From positions 62,001-126,000 of the forward strand of contig NIVC01002441.1 of NCBI GenBank assembly GCA_002269645.1: a stretch of 64,000 nt of DNA. Direction: 5' to 3'. Shown piece by piece: positions 50,225 through 64,000 of the stretch. This stretch comes from Macrostomum lignano (lineage: Eukaryota). Numbering within the stretch: the stretch's first letter is position 1; every line of letters begins with the position of its first letter. Under the pieces are notes generated by a model, which was not told where the DNA came from, made no database searches, and worked only from the letters and a program-made list of their open reading frames with translations. Position numbers and translations under genes: made by a program.

Positions 50225-51900
50225 TGGAAGGGGTAGCCTGGGAGGAGTAGTCAGGAAGGGGTTTTGGGAGAGGTAGCCTGGGAGGGGTAGAATGGGAGAG
50301 CTGCTTGGGAAGGGTAGCCTGGGAGGGGTAGAATGGGAGAGCTGCCTGGGAAGGGTAGCCTGGGAAAGGTAGCCTGGGAGGGGTAGAATGGGAGGGCTGC
50401 CGGGGAAGGATAGCCAGGAAGGATTGCCTGGAAGGAGTCTGGGAGGGCTGCGGCTGCCTAGGAAGGGTAGCCTGGGAAGGGTAGCCTGGGAGGGCTGCCT
50501 AGGAAGGGTAGCCTGGGAGGGGTAGAATGGGAAGGGTAGCCAGGAAGGATTGACTGGAAGAGGTAGCCTGGGAAGTATAGCCTGGGAAGGGTAGAATCGG
50601 AGAGCTGCCTGGGAAGGGTAGCCTGGGAGGGGTAGAATGGGAGAGCTGCCTGGGAAGGGTAGCCTGGAAAGGGTAGTCAGGAAGGATTGACTGGAAGAGG
50701 TAGCCTGGGAAGGGTAGCCTGGGAGGGGTAGAATGGGAGAGCTGCCTGGGAAGGGTAGCCAGGAAGGATTGACTGGAAGAGGTAGCCTGGGAAGGATAGC
50801 CTGGGAAGGGTAGAATCGGAGAGCTGCCTGGGAAGGGTAGCCTGGGAGGGGTAGAATGGGAGAGCTGCCTGGGAAGGGTAGTCAGGAAGGATTGACTGGA
50901 AGAGGTAGCCTGGGAAGGGTAGCCTGGGAGGGGTAGAATGGGAGAGCTGCCTGGGAAGGGTAGCCAGGAAGGATTGACTGGAAGAGGTAGCCTGGGAAGG
51001 ATAGCCTGGGAAGGGTAGAATGGGAGAGCTGCCTGGGAAGGGTAGCCTGGGAGGGTTAGAATGGGAGAGCTGCCTGGGAAGGGTAGTCAGGAAGGATTGA
51101 CTGGAAGAGGTAGCCTGGGAAGGATAGCCTGGGAGGGGTAGAATGGGAAGGGTAGCCAGGAAGGATTGACTGGAAGAGGTAGCCTGGGAAGGGTAGCCTG
51201 GGAGGGGTAGAATGGGAAGGGTAGCCAGGAAGGATTGACTGGAAGAGGTAGCCTGGGAAGGGTAGCCTGGGAGGGGTAGAATAGGAGAGCTGCCTGGGAA
51301 GGGTAGCCTGGGAAGGGTAGCCTGGGAAGGGTAGCCAGGAAGGATTGACTGGAAGAGGTAGCCTGGGAAGGGTAGCCTGGGAGGGGTAGAATGGGAGAGC
51401 TGCCTGGGAAGGGTAGCCTGGGAAGGGTAGCCAGGAAGGATTGACTGGAAGAGGTAGCCTGGGAAGGATAGCCTGGGAGGGGTAGAATAGGAGAGCTGCC
51501 TGGGAAGGGTAGCCTGGGATGGGTAGCCAGGAAGGATTGACTGGAAGAGGTAGCCTGGGAAGGGTAGCCTAGGAGGGGTAGAAATAGAATGGGAGAGCTG
51601 CCTGGGAAGGGTAGCCTGGGAAGGGTAGCCAGGAAGGATTGACTAGAAGAGGTAGCCTGGGAAAGATAGCCTGGGAGGGGTAGAATGGGAGAGTTGCCTG
51701 GGAAGGGTAGAATGGGAGAGCTGCCTGGGAAAGGTAGCCAGGAAGGATTGCCTGGAAGAGGTAGCCTGGGAGAGGTAGAATGGGAGAGCTGCCTAGGAAG
51801 GGTAGCCAGGAAGGATTGCCTGGGAGAAGTAGCCTAGGAAGGGTAGCCATAGAGAAGTAGCCTAATAGGGCTGTCTGGGAAGGGTAGCAGCCTAGGAGAG
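50225..51900. repeat. G-rich minisatellite (CCTGGGAAGGGTAG modules) in right arm
   Basis: Reverse complement of 41990-43400, with arm-specific module AGGAAGGATTGACTGGAAGAGG. Confidence 0.9.
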
Positions 51901-54300
51901 GTTGAATGGGAAGGATAGCCTAGGAAGGCTACTTGGGTGGGGTAGAGTAAAAAAGGGGCTGTCTAAGAGGGCTGCCTGGGAAGGCTGCCTTAAGGGTTTG
52001 CTTAGAAAGGCTACCTAAGAAAGATAGCTTAGAAGGACTACCTAGGAGGAATAGTCTAAAATAGATAGCCTAGATGTCCTGGAAGGGGAGCCTAGAAGGG
52101 CTACCTAGAAGAGGTAGCAAGGGAGATCCAAGGGTCCCAAGGGGGCATAGCCATGATATCCTCCTTAACTATGGTTAAAAAAACTTTGCATCATATTTTT
52201 GGCCTATAACTATATATATGCAAGGTTTATTTTCTAATTTTAGGTTATAGTTGCTTTGTATAGTTTGCCCTTTTCAAATTTCTCTAGATATTTTCTTGAA
52301 AGATAATTATAAAGGCTAGCCAAAGAAAAAATAGCTTAGAATAAAGAAGCCTAGCTAGAATAAACTAGATTAGGTAGACTAAGTGAGGTAGACTAGCCTA
52401 GTCTAACTAGGTAACGTAGTCATAAAGGTTGTTTAAAAGGAATAATAGCCTAGCTAAGCCTTGGTAAGCTATAGTATAGGCAAAACTTTTTATTTACTTT
52501 TTAAACTTATAACAACAAAGTAATAGGCTAGGCCTATACTAACAAAATATATTTATTAAATGTTCATAGTATAGTAGGCTCTATACTAGAATTAGAACTA
52601 GAAATGTTTATGTTTAATATAGGCTCTACAAATAATTTACTAGTACTAATATTAATAACAAAAACTTTTTTATAGTCTAAAGACAAAGTAGCTACCTAGC
52701 TATATGAGCTATATGTCCATATAATATACAACACTTGATTAGACCTAGCCCTACCTTTACATGGCTGATGGCTACAATAAAAACCTATACTAGCCATAGA
52801 TAAGCCTAGCATATGCTATATATAGGCCTGGGGCTAGGCTCTAAAATTTCAACCAAGAAGCCCAGATATAGATTGGAAAGAACTTATCAACTTATATCTA
52901 GTCATTAATAGCCTATCCTAGCCTTTTAACTAAAGATAATATATCCCTGCCATTATTCTAAAGTAGACCAGAACAAGTCAATTGGCCTATATTTACTATA
53001 TATTACAGTGCAATTCAATTCTAACAATGAAATAGGCCTAGGCCTAGTTACTTTATATCAAAGGTGGCTTTTTGAACTAGGCCTATTAGGGCCTAGTCAA
53101 TTAGTCCAGTTGTGTCTAAGCCTAGTAAAGATTAACTACTTGCTAATGCTTAACAATAATGAAAAGGCTTAGTATTAAACTGTAACGACTCTTGTACTTA
53201 ACCTTACCCTAGCCTAAAACTATAATAGTCTAGGCCCCTAGCTCATTTTAAATCGACGGCAATTTTACCAGCCAATTGAATATATTAGTTGGCTTTAGTA
53301 GGCCTTGCGAACATGATCTTTGAACACAGAACTTGTTCGCAACAGCCTTAAAGGCGGTCAGCGATCATGTTCAATTTGGCTTTATAAAGCGGCGTATCTG
53401 TCAACACGGGTGGTGAAGAACATGCGAATGCACCCGTTTCGAGATTCACTGCAGTGAACAATGAAAGTTGCCGTGTTTTTACGTTCTTTCTCCTATGTGG
53501 TCCTTGCCAGCAACGTGTTAGCGCGAAGTTTAGCAGATTGAGCTAAACACACATTTACAGTACGATTGACACGAATACATGTACCAAAGACCGACTAGTT
53601 GCTGGTGGATCAAAGCCAGTCATCATTCAGCTCGTACAAGGTTTCACGTACATGTAGGCTTCTTTTATTGAACTATTCAGTGAGTAAATTAAGATGTGAA
53701 TTACGAGCAAATATAGTCGTGGCATCTACGCGAATCAACGTAGTCTTGCATGTATGAAAGAATCATTACGGGATATATAATGGATCATTTATATTGAAAG
53801 TGCATGCATACGCGAATAAACTCAGCAGCCGTTTCAAATTACTGTCGATGTAGTCCAGGCTTCTATAGAAAATTACGAGTTTTAAGCAAATTGCTTGGAT
53901 GCTATTAAAAAATTGCTGCCCCTCGGTAAGGCTCGTATAATTTTCGATTTTTGTCTGAATACGTAGCATTTTATTGACCCAAATGAAGTAAGTTCAAAAT
54001 TGGCATTATTTTACCCTGAAATTGTAAATAAATCTGATTAAAAAAAAACAAAAAAAGATTCGCGCAATTTTTTATTAAGTAATAAATTTTAAGGAATCGA
54101 TCGTATATAATATACTGGAATTTATCACAATATTAAGATAGAGTACATAAACGTTATCGTTACAAAACATTTAAAAAATACAATACTCGTAGTATTGGAG
54201 AACTGTAAATAAAAATCAGCATTGTACGAGTATTGAAATCTATATGGATATTGAGAAAGTTGTCTTCTAAGACACTGCAAAACAAGGCTAAGCGCAAGCG

Positions 54301-55922
54301 TCACAGGCCCGTGTACCGAGTTCTAGGCCGCGATTCCATAACGCAGGCAATCTCACGCTGATAGACCAGAAACGCTCTAGTCGCAAAGTCGAGCGGCAGG
54401 TACTGGTACACAGAGTGCACGTAATTCACTTCGGTCGCTAATAGCGCTCTCCGGACCGCATTACGGCAAGCAAAACGCAACGACTGCGGCGAGTTAATTG
54501 CTACTGAACAGCGGGATGAATTAATAGTGCGGCGCAGTTCATTAACGGCCGACTCCGCGGCAGCCAGTTGCGATTGGCTGGCGCCCCGGCCAATTAGAGC
54601 CGCTTGAACACCCGAGTAGTTGTACACGCCAAGAAGTGCACTAAAAAATGCTTCCGGGCGCATCAGCGAATCCAGCAGGAATAGACTCTCGGCTACATAT
54701 CGATTGACTATTGGCTCGCGCTCGTGTTCGTCTGGGAACAGAGCCCGGGTGGGCCGCAGCGGCGGCTCGATGCGCTCCTCGGCCCATACTGTGGTCTCCT
54801 TCACCAGACTGGTGTAGCTGACTAGGCAGCGGCAGGCCACGGCCGGATCGGTGTGGCCCACCGGCTGCATCAGGCCAACAAGCAGGTGCATTGTGAACGA
54901 TACGTAGCTGTCCATCGCGCGTCTGCAAACCGGTTGGCAAGGGAGAGAATGTACAGGCTTTTATCTAACCACTTCTCCCTGTCACGCTGGAACCACTCAC
55001 TGCCGTTGCTTGCTGATCATCATTCCTCTTGATTTCTGATCAGATTTCTCCACGTTGCTTTCTGATCACTCCCTTTGCTTTCTGACCAACCTATTTGCTT
55101 TCTGATCACTCCGTTTGCTTTCTATCACATGATTTGCTTTCTGATCGCTTGCTTTGCTTTCTGATCACTCCCTCTGCTTTCTGATCACTCCCTCTGCTTT
55201 TTGATCACTCCCTTTGCTTTCTGATCACTGCTTTTTATTACTTTCGGGGACTTTCTTATCCCTCTCTTGTTTTGTGCTCACTCCCCTTTGTGTCTGGTCA
55301 CTACCACTGGTTTCTGACGGTCACTCCCCTTGATTTCTGGTCTCCCGAGTAGCTTTCTGATTAAACCTGGTGCGTTCTCAATTTCTTATCACTCTCCATG
55401 ATCCTCACCCTGGAGTAGTTACTACCCACTAACGTCTATAGCAAATCGATGATTGTCACGCTCAATGATAGACTCCCCTCATTATCTGATAAAACGAGTC
55501 AACATCGCTCTAGAAGTCACTCACTCTCGCGTCATGCTGTCAATGAAAGCGTGCAACACATCGCGCCAAAGAATTGGTGCCCGTCTGGCCAACTCAAGCA
55601 TAGCCCTGGGCGCCCTGGCACTAACGGAGCAGTCCAACGGGCTCTGGCCAAGAAAGTTTCTAACTGTAGGATTGGCGCCCAGCTCAATCAAAGCGCGCAC
55701 GGAGCCAGCCCGGTCCGATCTGGCGGCCAGGTGCAAGGCGGTTAGCGCAGACTGACTAGTGATCTCATCATTAACACCCAGCCGGCTGCTAGTAACTAGA
55801 TCGCGCATAGCATCGGCGTCCTCGTCTAGGACTGCCGTCTCCATTCGCCGTTTCGGATTGCTGTCCGAATTGGCAGACAAAAACTGCAGTAGAACGCTGC
55901 CGCCGCCAGGCTGATTGGCCAT
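54301..55922 (-). CDS. Ankyrin-repeat and SOCS-box protein (ASB-like), 339 aa; exons 55922-55525 and 54922-54301
   Basis: Donor GA|GTGAGT joins TTTGCAG|A in phase 2; total 1020 nt. Ankyrin motif TALHLAARSDRAGSVRALIELGANPTVRNFLGQSPL; SOCS box PQSLRFACRNAVRRAL...YLPLDFATRAFL. Confidence 0.85.
55020..55230. repeat. Degenerate ~21-bp intronic repeat (CTTTGCTTTCTGATCACTCC)
   Basis: About 9 imperfect copies in the ASB-like intron. Confidence 0.75.
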
Positions 55923-56329
55923 GTAATATGCTTTCTTTATTATTACTGCTCACCCAAACTAATTAACTATTGAGAACCGGTAAATACCAAAAGACAGGTG
56001 AGCCCGGCTGCAATAGAGAATATCGATTGGCTACTTTATATTAGATTTTACACAGCAGTAGGGAATGTCATTTAAATCATCCTACCTCAAGCTTATTACA
56101 TACTGGCATAGTACAGGTGAACAAGGTTACTTGGAGGCGATGCGAGGAGATGCGTCCCACCCCAAATGAAACATAACGAGGCCAACAGACTCTGAAATGA
56201 TAGGGATTTATATTTTAACGGCCTCATAGACTCCAATAAACAGTGGCGCCAACCAAGGGACAGAGACACCAGCCTGTTTCTGATATACAGCTGTAGGGGC
56301 ACTAACCAACTGGTGCCCAACCAATAACA

Positions 56330-56890
56330 TGGGAGAGCCAACCAAGAGATAGGAGAGCGGCGCCAACCAAGAGATAGGAGAGCGGCGCCAACCAAGAGAT
56401 AGGAGAGCGGCGCCAACTAAGAGATAGGAGAGCGGCGCCAACTAAGAGATAGGAGAGCGGCGCCAACTAAGAGATAGGAGAGCGGCGCCAACCAAGATAT
56501 AGGGGAGGGGCGCCAACCAAGAGATAGGAGAGCGGCGCCAACTAAGAGATAGGGGAGGGGCGCCAACGAAGACAGAAGCGCCAACCAAGAGATGGGGGAG
56601 GGGCGCCAACTAAGAGACAGGAGAGGGGCGCCAACAAAGACAGAAGCGCCAACCAAGAAATAGGAGAGGGGTGCCAACCAAGAGATAGGGGAGGGGCGCC
56701 AACGAAGACAGAAGCGCCAACCAAGAGATGGGGGAGGGGCGCCAACTAAGAGACAGGAGAGGGGCGCCAACAAAGACAGAAGCGCCAACCAAGAAATAGG
56801 GTAGGGGTGCCAACTAAGAGATAGGGGAGGGGCGCCAACCAAGAGATAGGAGAGGGGCGCCAACGAAGACAGAAGCGCCAACCAAGAGAC
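56330..56890. repeat. ~25-bp minisatellite (AACCAAGAGATAGGAGAGCGGCGCC) with shorter GAAGACAGAAGCGCC variant
   Basis: Period 25 at 56341/56366; GGCGCC core. Confidence 0.9.
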
Positions 56891-58224
56891 AGTGGATCCG
56901 TTACTGTAGATAGAATTTTAGGATATAGAAGCATTCAGATTCACCAAATGTGTACCAATGCAGAACATGTTTAAAAAAGCTTTACTGTAGACAACTGGAT
57001 TGACAGTTAACTTGATTTTTTAGATATAGAAATCTATATCGGAGCAAGTCACTGGCACCAAAGCTGTCCTATAAAACACTATACTGTACTCCACGAAAAC
57101 TATTATAGTTAAAACCGTAGCCTCTTTACCTAGTTTAGCAAAGTAAGTACAGAGGCTCGATGTCGTGGAGGTTAAAAGTCTTGAAAGCGATGCAATACAG
57201 TCACTGTAGGTAGCTGGATTGACAGTCTATTTGATATACAGCCTTGTTAAAGCTGGCAAATCACTGGCACCAAAGTTACCCTTATAGCGTGCGTAATATA
57301 TCCACTGCCAATGCCTGATAGCCGTGACACCTTTGAGAGAAAACTGTGAAGGGTTTCATTTCAAAGGGACACAGGAGTGGAATAAACTGTAGCAATATTT
57401 AACTGATAATAATAATATATAAATAATGTGCACATTAAAACACCAATCGAGTCATTTGATTTTTTTTGAAAAAAATGGTTTAATCGAAATATATTTTTTA
57501 CCTAACACAAATAGATGTATAATAAGCTTTAGCCAGTCAGCTTTTCGTCTTCAACAACAACACATTGCAGGCTAATAAACATTAATAAACAGCTATACGC
57601 CAACAAAAGATGGAGAGAGAAATCACTGGGCAAAGCTGAGACGGTGCTTCTATTGTATTAAGGAAATATTCAAGCTGGATATTGGAACAAAAAACACTAG
57701 CGACTATCAGTGTTCAGCTAATTGAACCGGTAATTTTTATTAATTATTAATAACGCGTATTAGTTTAACAGAGCATTGCCAGTAACACGATAGCTGTCTC
57801 AGTTAATCCGGGGGGATATTAAATGGCAGCCGGCAGAGCAATAATAATTTCACTTATTTTTCAATAGATGAACAGACTCCTGTAAATGCTTGCAGCACGC
57901 GTTATAGAGAAAACACACAGGGATGACAGATAGGTAACAAAAGTTACTCAAGATAGCTCCCCATCCCCCAGAAAATGAGACGCACGGCCTGTCGCAACGC
58001 AAACAGTGATTGCCAAAATACAATAGAGATGTTTAAACTATAACAAAATTTGAACTAACCAATGATACTTTTTTAAAACTTTTTTAAATCATCCAAAAGA
58101 TGGTAAACAAACCTATGCTAAGCTGACAAGTCTGGTAGAAAAAAACAACTACAGTTGGTAAAAAATGTGTTCGTCAGAGGTCCTATTCAAACTCGCGAAG
58201 ACCCCCAAATAGCAAGCAATGGTT

Positions 58225-61571
<3,347 letters not shown>

Positions 61572-64000
61572 TTATTTAGGGCAACTAGCTGAAAAATACA
61601 GATAACAGAGGCCCGACTGGATATTAAGGCTAATAAGAACAATTTTTAAATAGTGTTTTTGCCAATGAAAGAGGCTCAATTCAATTTAGCCTATGAGGGC
61701 AAAAAAGGTCAAGTTTTTGGCCTAGCTAGGGGCTAGGGCACTACCCCTTTTGCTATTGAAGCACATATCAGATTTCAGGTTAAGTTTGCTAGTAATTTTC
61801 AATATAAAATTTTTTTCTTCTAAAATAATTTTAAGCCAGAGACAACTTACAAAAACAATTGGTAAAACAGGATAAAGATGCTAATTTACACTTGTAATAG
61901 GTCTGCTTATGAATAGCCAAAGGCAAATGTTGCTTAAACTAAAGCTTTAAACCCAATTGGAGTGAATAAGGGTCTAATAGAATGTTAGGTTGATGCAAAA
62001 ATCAAATGGTGGACCTTTAGGCCTACCTATAAAAGTATTCATTTGATCTTATGCAGCTATGCAAAGTTTGCCTTGAGCATTTTCATACTTGGGGTGCATT
62101 CGAGTAGCTTAAAATGGGTTAAAAAAACTTCAAATGACTTCAAATGATTTTAAGTGCTATTTTAATGTCCTCAGTAAAACAAAACAAATGACAAGATTTT
62201 ATTTCAAAAAAGTAAAAAGTATTTATAAACAAGGTTTTTAGAATTGTAAATACCTGTTTTAATACTTTAAGCAAGTAGATAGTCAGTCAGTCTAAACCTG
62301 TTTTCTACATTTTGAGATAGTAAATTATAACAAATTGTTAAGTGATAAATATTTTTCAATGCTGCTTCAGTAAATTGCTTTCTCCTATTGTTGTTCTTTT
62401 AGTGTGAATAATCATTTTAATGATAATAAATGTCAATCTAAATTACTTTATTAATAGGTGTGATCAAGTCCCCAGCAATGCATATATTCTTCAAGCACGG
62501 TGCCAAAAGAAGAGTGGTGAAATTATCCACACTTTCTATTTTCTATTATTAGTACCCACAGATTGACTAATGTACTATTAGAAGCAGCTTTACATGTAAT
62601 TACATGTAAATAGCTGGCACTAGTAAGGCTGTTTTATCACTTCTGTTGACTTATGCCAGAATATGTTTATATAGGGCAACAACTGAATATCTTCAGGAAA
62701 ACTAAAAGAAAAAAGACTGAACTTCTGAAGATAGTTGCCAGTCTATGTGATACTTGTAAAAAGATACCTAGCCTATGCATCAATTCCCCATGTACACAAT
62801 CTACTTTTTTTACTGTTGATGGTTTTTTGAATTATTTACTAATGACAAGAATGTGCCTTATTCATCCTTATTCCTTTATTTTTTAAATCAATATTAACAT
62901 TCCCTCCAAACTGTCATTCTCAATTTTTAGTGCTTTTAATTTAATTTCTACTTTTACTTATAAACTTGTAAAAAAATTCAATATTATGTACACATTGCTT
63001 AAATTATTGGTAATAAAAATCTGTCAAAAATTAATTTCTAAGTCAATTTTAAACACATTGTAGAAAATTAATTACATGTCTTTTTCATATCGTGATTGCA
63101 AGCAGTGTTGTTATAGGCATTTCTGAAAAATAATCTGCAGATTAAAAAAAACTGCAGAGTATATTTTTCATGAATTAGAAAGTTAAAAGATCCATTTTTA
63201 ATCCTCAAAAATACTTGTTCACAATATTATTAAAACCAATTTCAACAACATCCTAATCAAAGAATCTAAATGCTAATGTATTCTGGGTCTCCTAAAGTAA
63301 AATGCTAACAATATAAAAAAGTGTAGTAGCGTAGCATATAAAATTAGCAGAGACATATAGAGAGAAAAGGAGGGATAGACAGAAAACAGACAGAGACAAA
63401 TGCAGAGAGAGAGAGAGAGAGAAAGAGAATGAGTGAAAGAGAGAGAGAGAAAGTCTATCGATAGCAGCCTTGAAGCTCTACATATAACTGTTATCCCAAT
63501 GAAGCACATTTTGCAATATCTCTAATAGCTGAAGGTCAAGCCCTCACACCATCTCTTGCCTTGTTTGAAGTTCGGTGTCGCACTTGCTGCAGCTCCAGCG
63601 CCTGCACCTACTGTAGCTCTAGCACCTGCACCTACTCTACAAGGCCTAGCTCTATATAGCCTAGCATCACTGGTATCCTCAACCAATATTTTAATAGCCT
63701 GTTTAAAGAACTTCAGAAGTCTTGCTACCACCTACCTGTTAGTAGACAATCCAAGCCAAGCCAAGACAAACCAAGGTTTATGGAACCACTGGATGCTTTT
63801 TCAATTGGCCAAGTATGGATATAGAGCAGAATCTACTAAGGTATGTGGTCAACGCCACCCATGCTATTAAAGTATAAGCACGCTAGTCAGTTTGGTGATT
63901 ATCTAAACACTGCCACCATGATGAGTGCGCTGAGCCTGCCTATATTTGGCCAATCTAGTAGTGTCTAATACAAAAACAGTCTTAACACCACTCTGTTTCT

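Larger units (their letters stand above)
40565..53385. mobile_element. ~12.8-kb foldback-like structure: inverted arms 40565-44927 and 49646-53385 around a 4.7-kb spacer
   Basis: Arm homology followed by eye from ATAAAGCCAAATTG / CAATTTGGCTTTAT to the shared inner end TCGCTGCTCCGCGTGCTATCAT; both arms carry the same two internal tandem arrays. Status as a mobile element is inference. Confidence 0.6.

Noticed and set aside
40554-53406. Extension of the inverted arms to TGTTGACA / TGTCAACA termini
   Set aside because: Only an 8-bp match after an indel, with no TSD; could be chance
56986-57290. Degenerate ~215-bp duplication (CTGGATTGACAG...TCACTGGCACCAAAG twice)
   Set aside because: Old two-copy duplication with no evident function
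61600-64000. Head-to-head Hsp10 (HSPE1) expected from the vertebrate arrangement
   Set aside because: No GroES-like sequence in the 2.4 kb upstream; the linkage is not universal, so the absence is uninformative

Overview
Eukaryotic (animal) genomic DNA with GC-rich exons, GT-AG introns and very dense minisatellites. The style resembles a macrostomid flatworm, but that is an inference. Four spliced minus-strand host genes were reconstructed by hand with consistent intron phases: (1) a Gln/Pro/Ala-rich, probably nuclear protein (exons 8575-7848, 5802-4563, 2991-2724; 3' end unresolved), (2) an uncharacterised 1096-aa Leu/Ala-rich helical protein (5 exons, 31704-23713), (3) an ankyrin + SOCS-box protein (55922-54301), and (4) mitochondrial Hsp60 (61562-58225). 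Between genes 2 and 3 lies an apparently intact 6326-bp Sola2-type DNA transposon (34072-40397; 14-bp TIRs, ATCA TSD) whose 771-aa DDD transposase carries a C-terminal PHD finger. It is followed by a ~12.8-kb foldback-like structure with ~4-kb inverted arms (40565-44927 and 49646-53385) around a spacer of TE relics and a second, nested hairpin. About 20 unrelated tandem arrays account for most long ORFs in the supplied track; these are not genes. One array was amplified from a 3' splice site and carries repeated pseudo-acceptors. All alignments and counts were done by eye.
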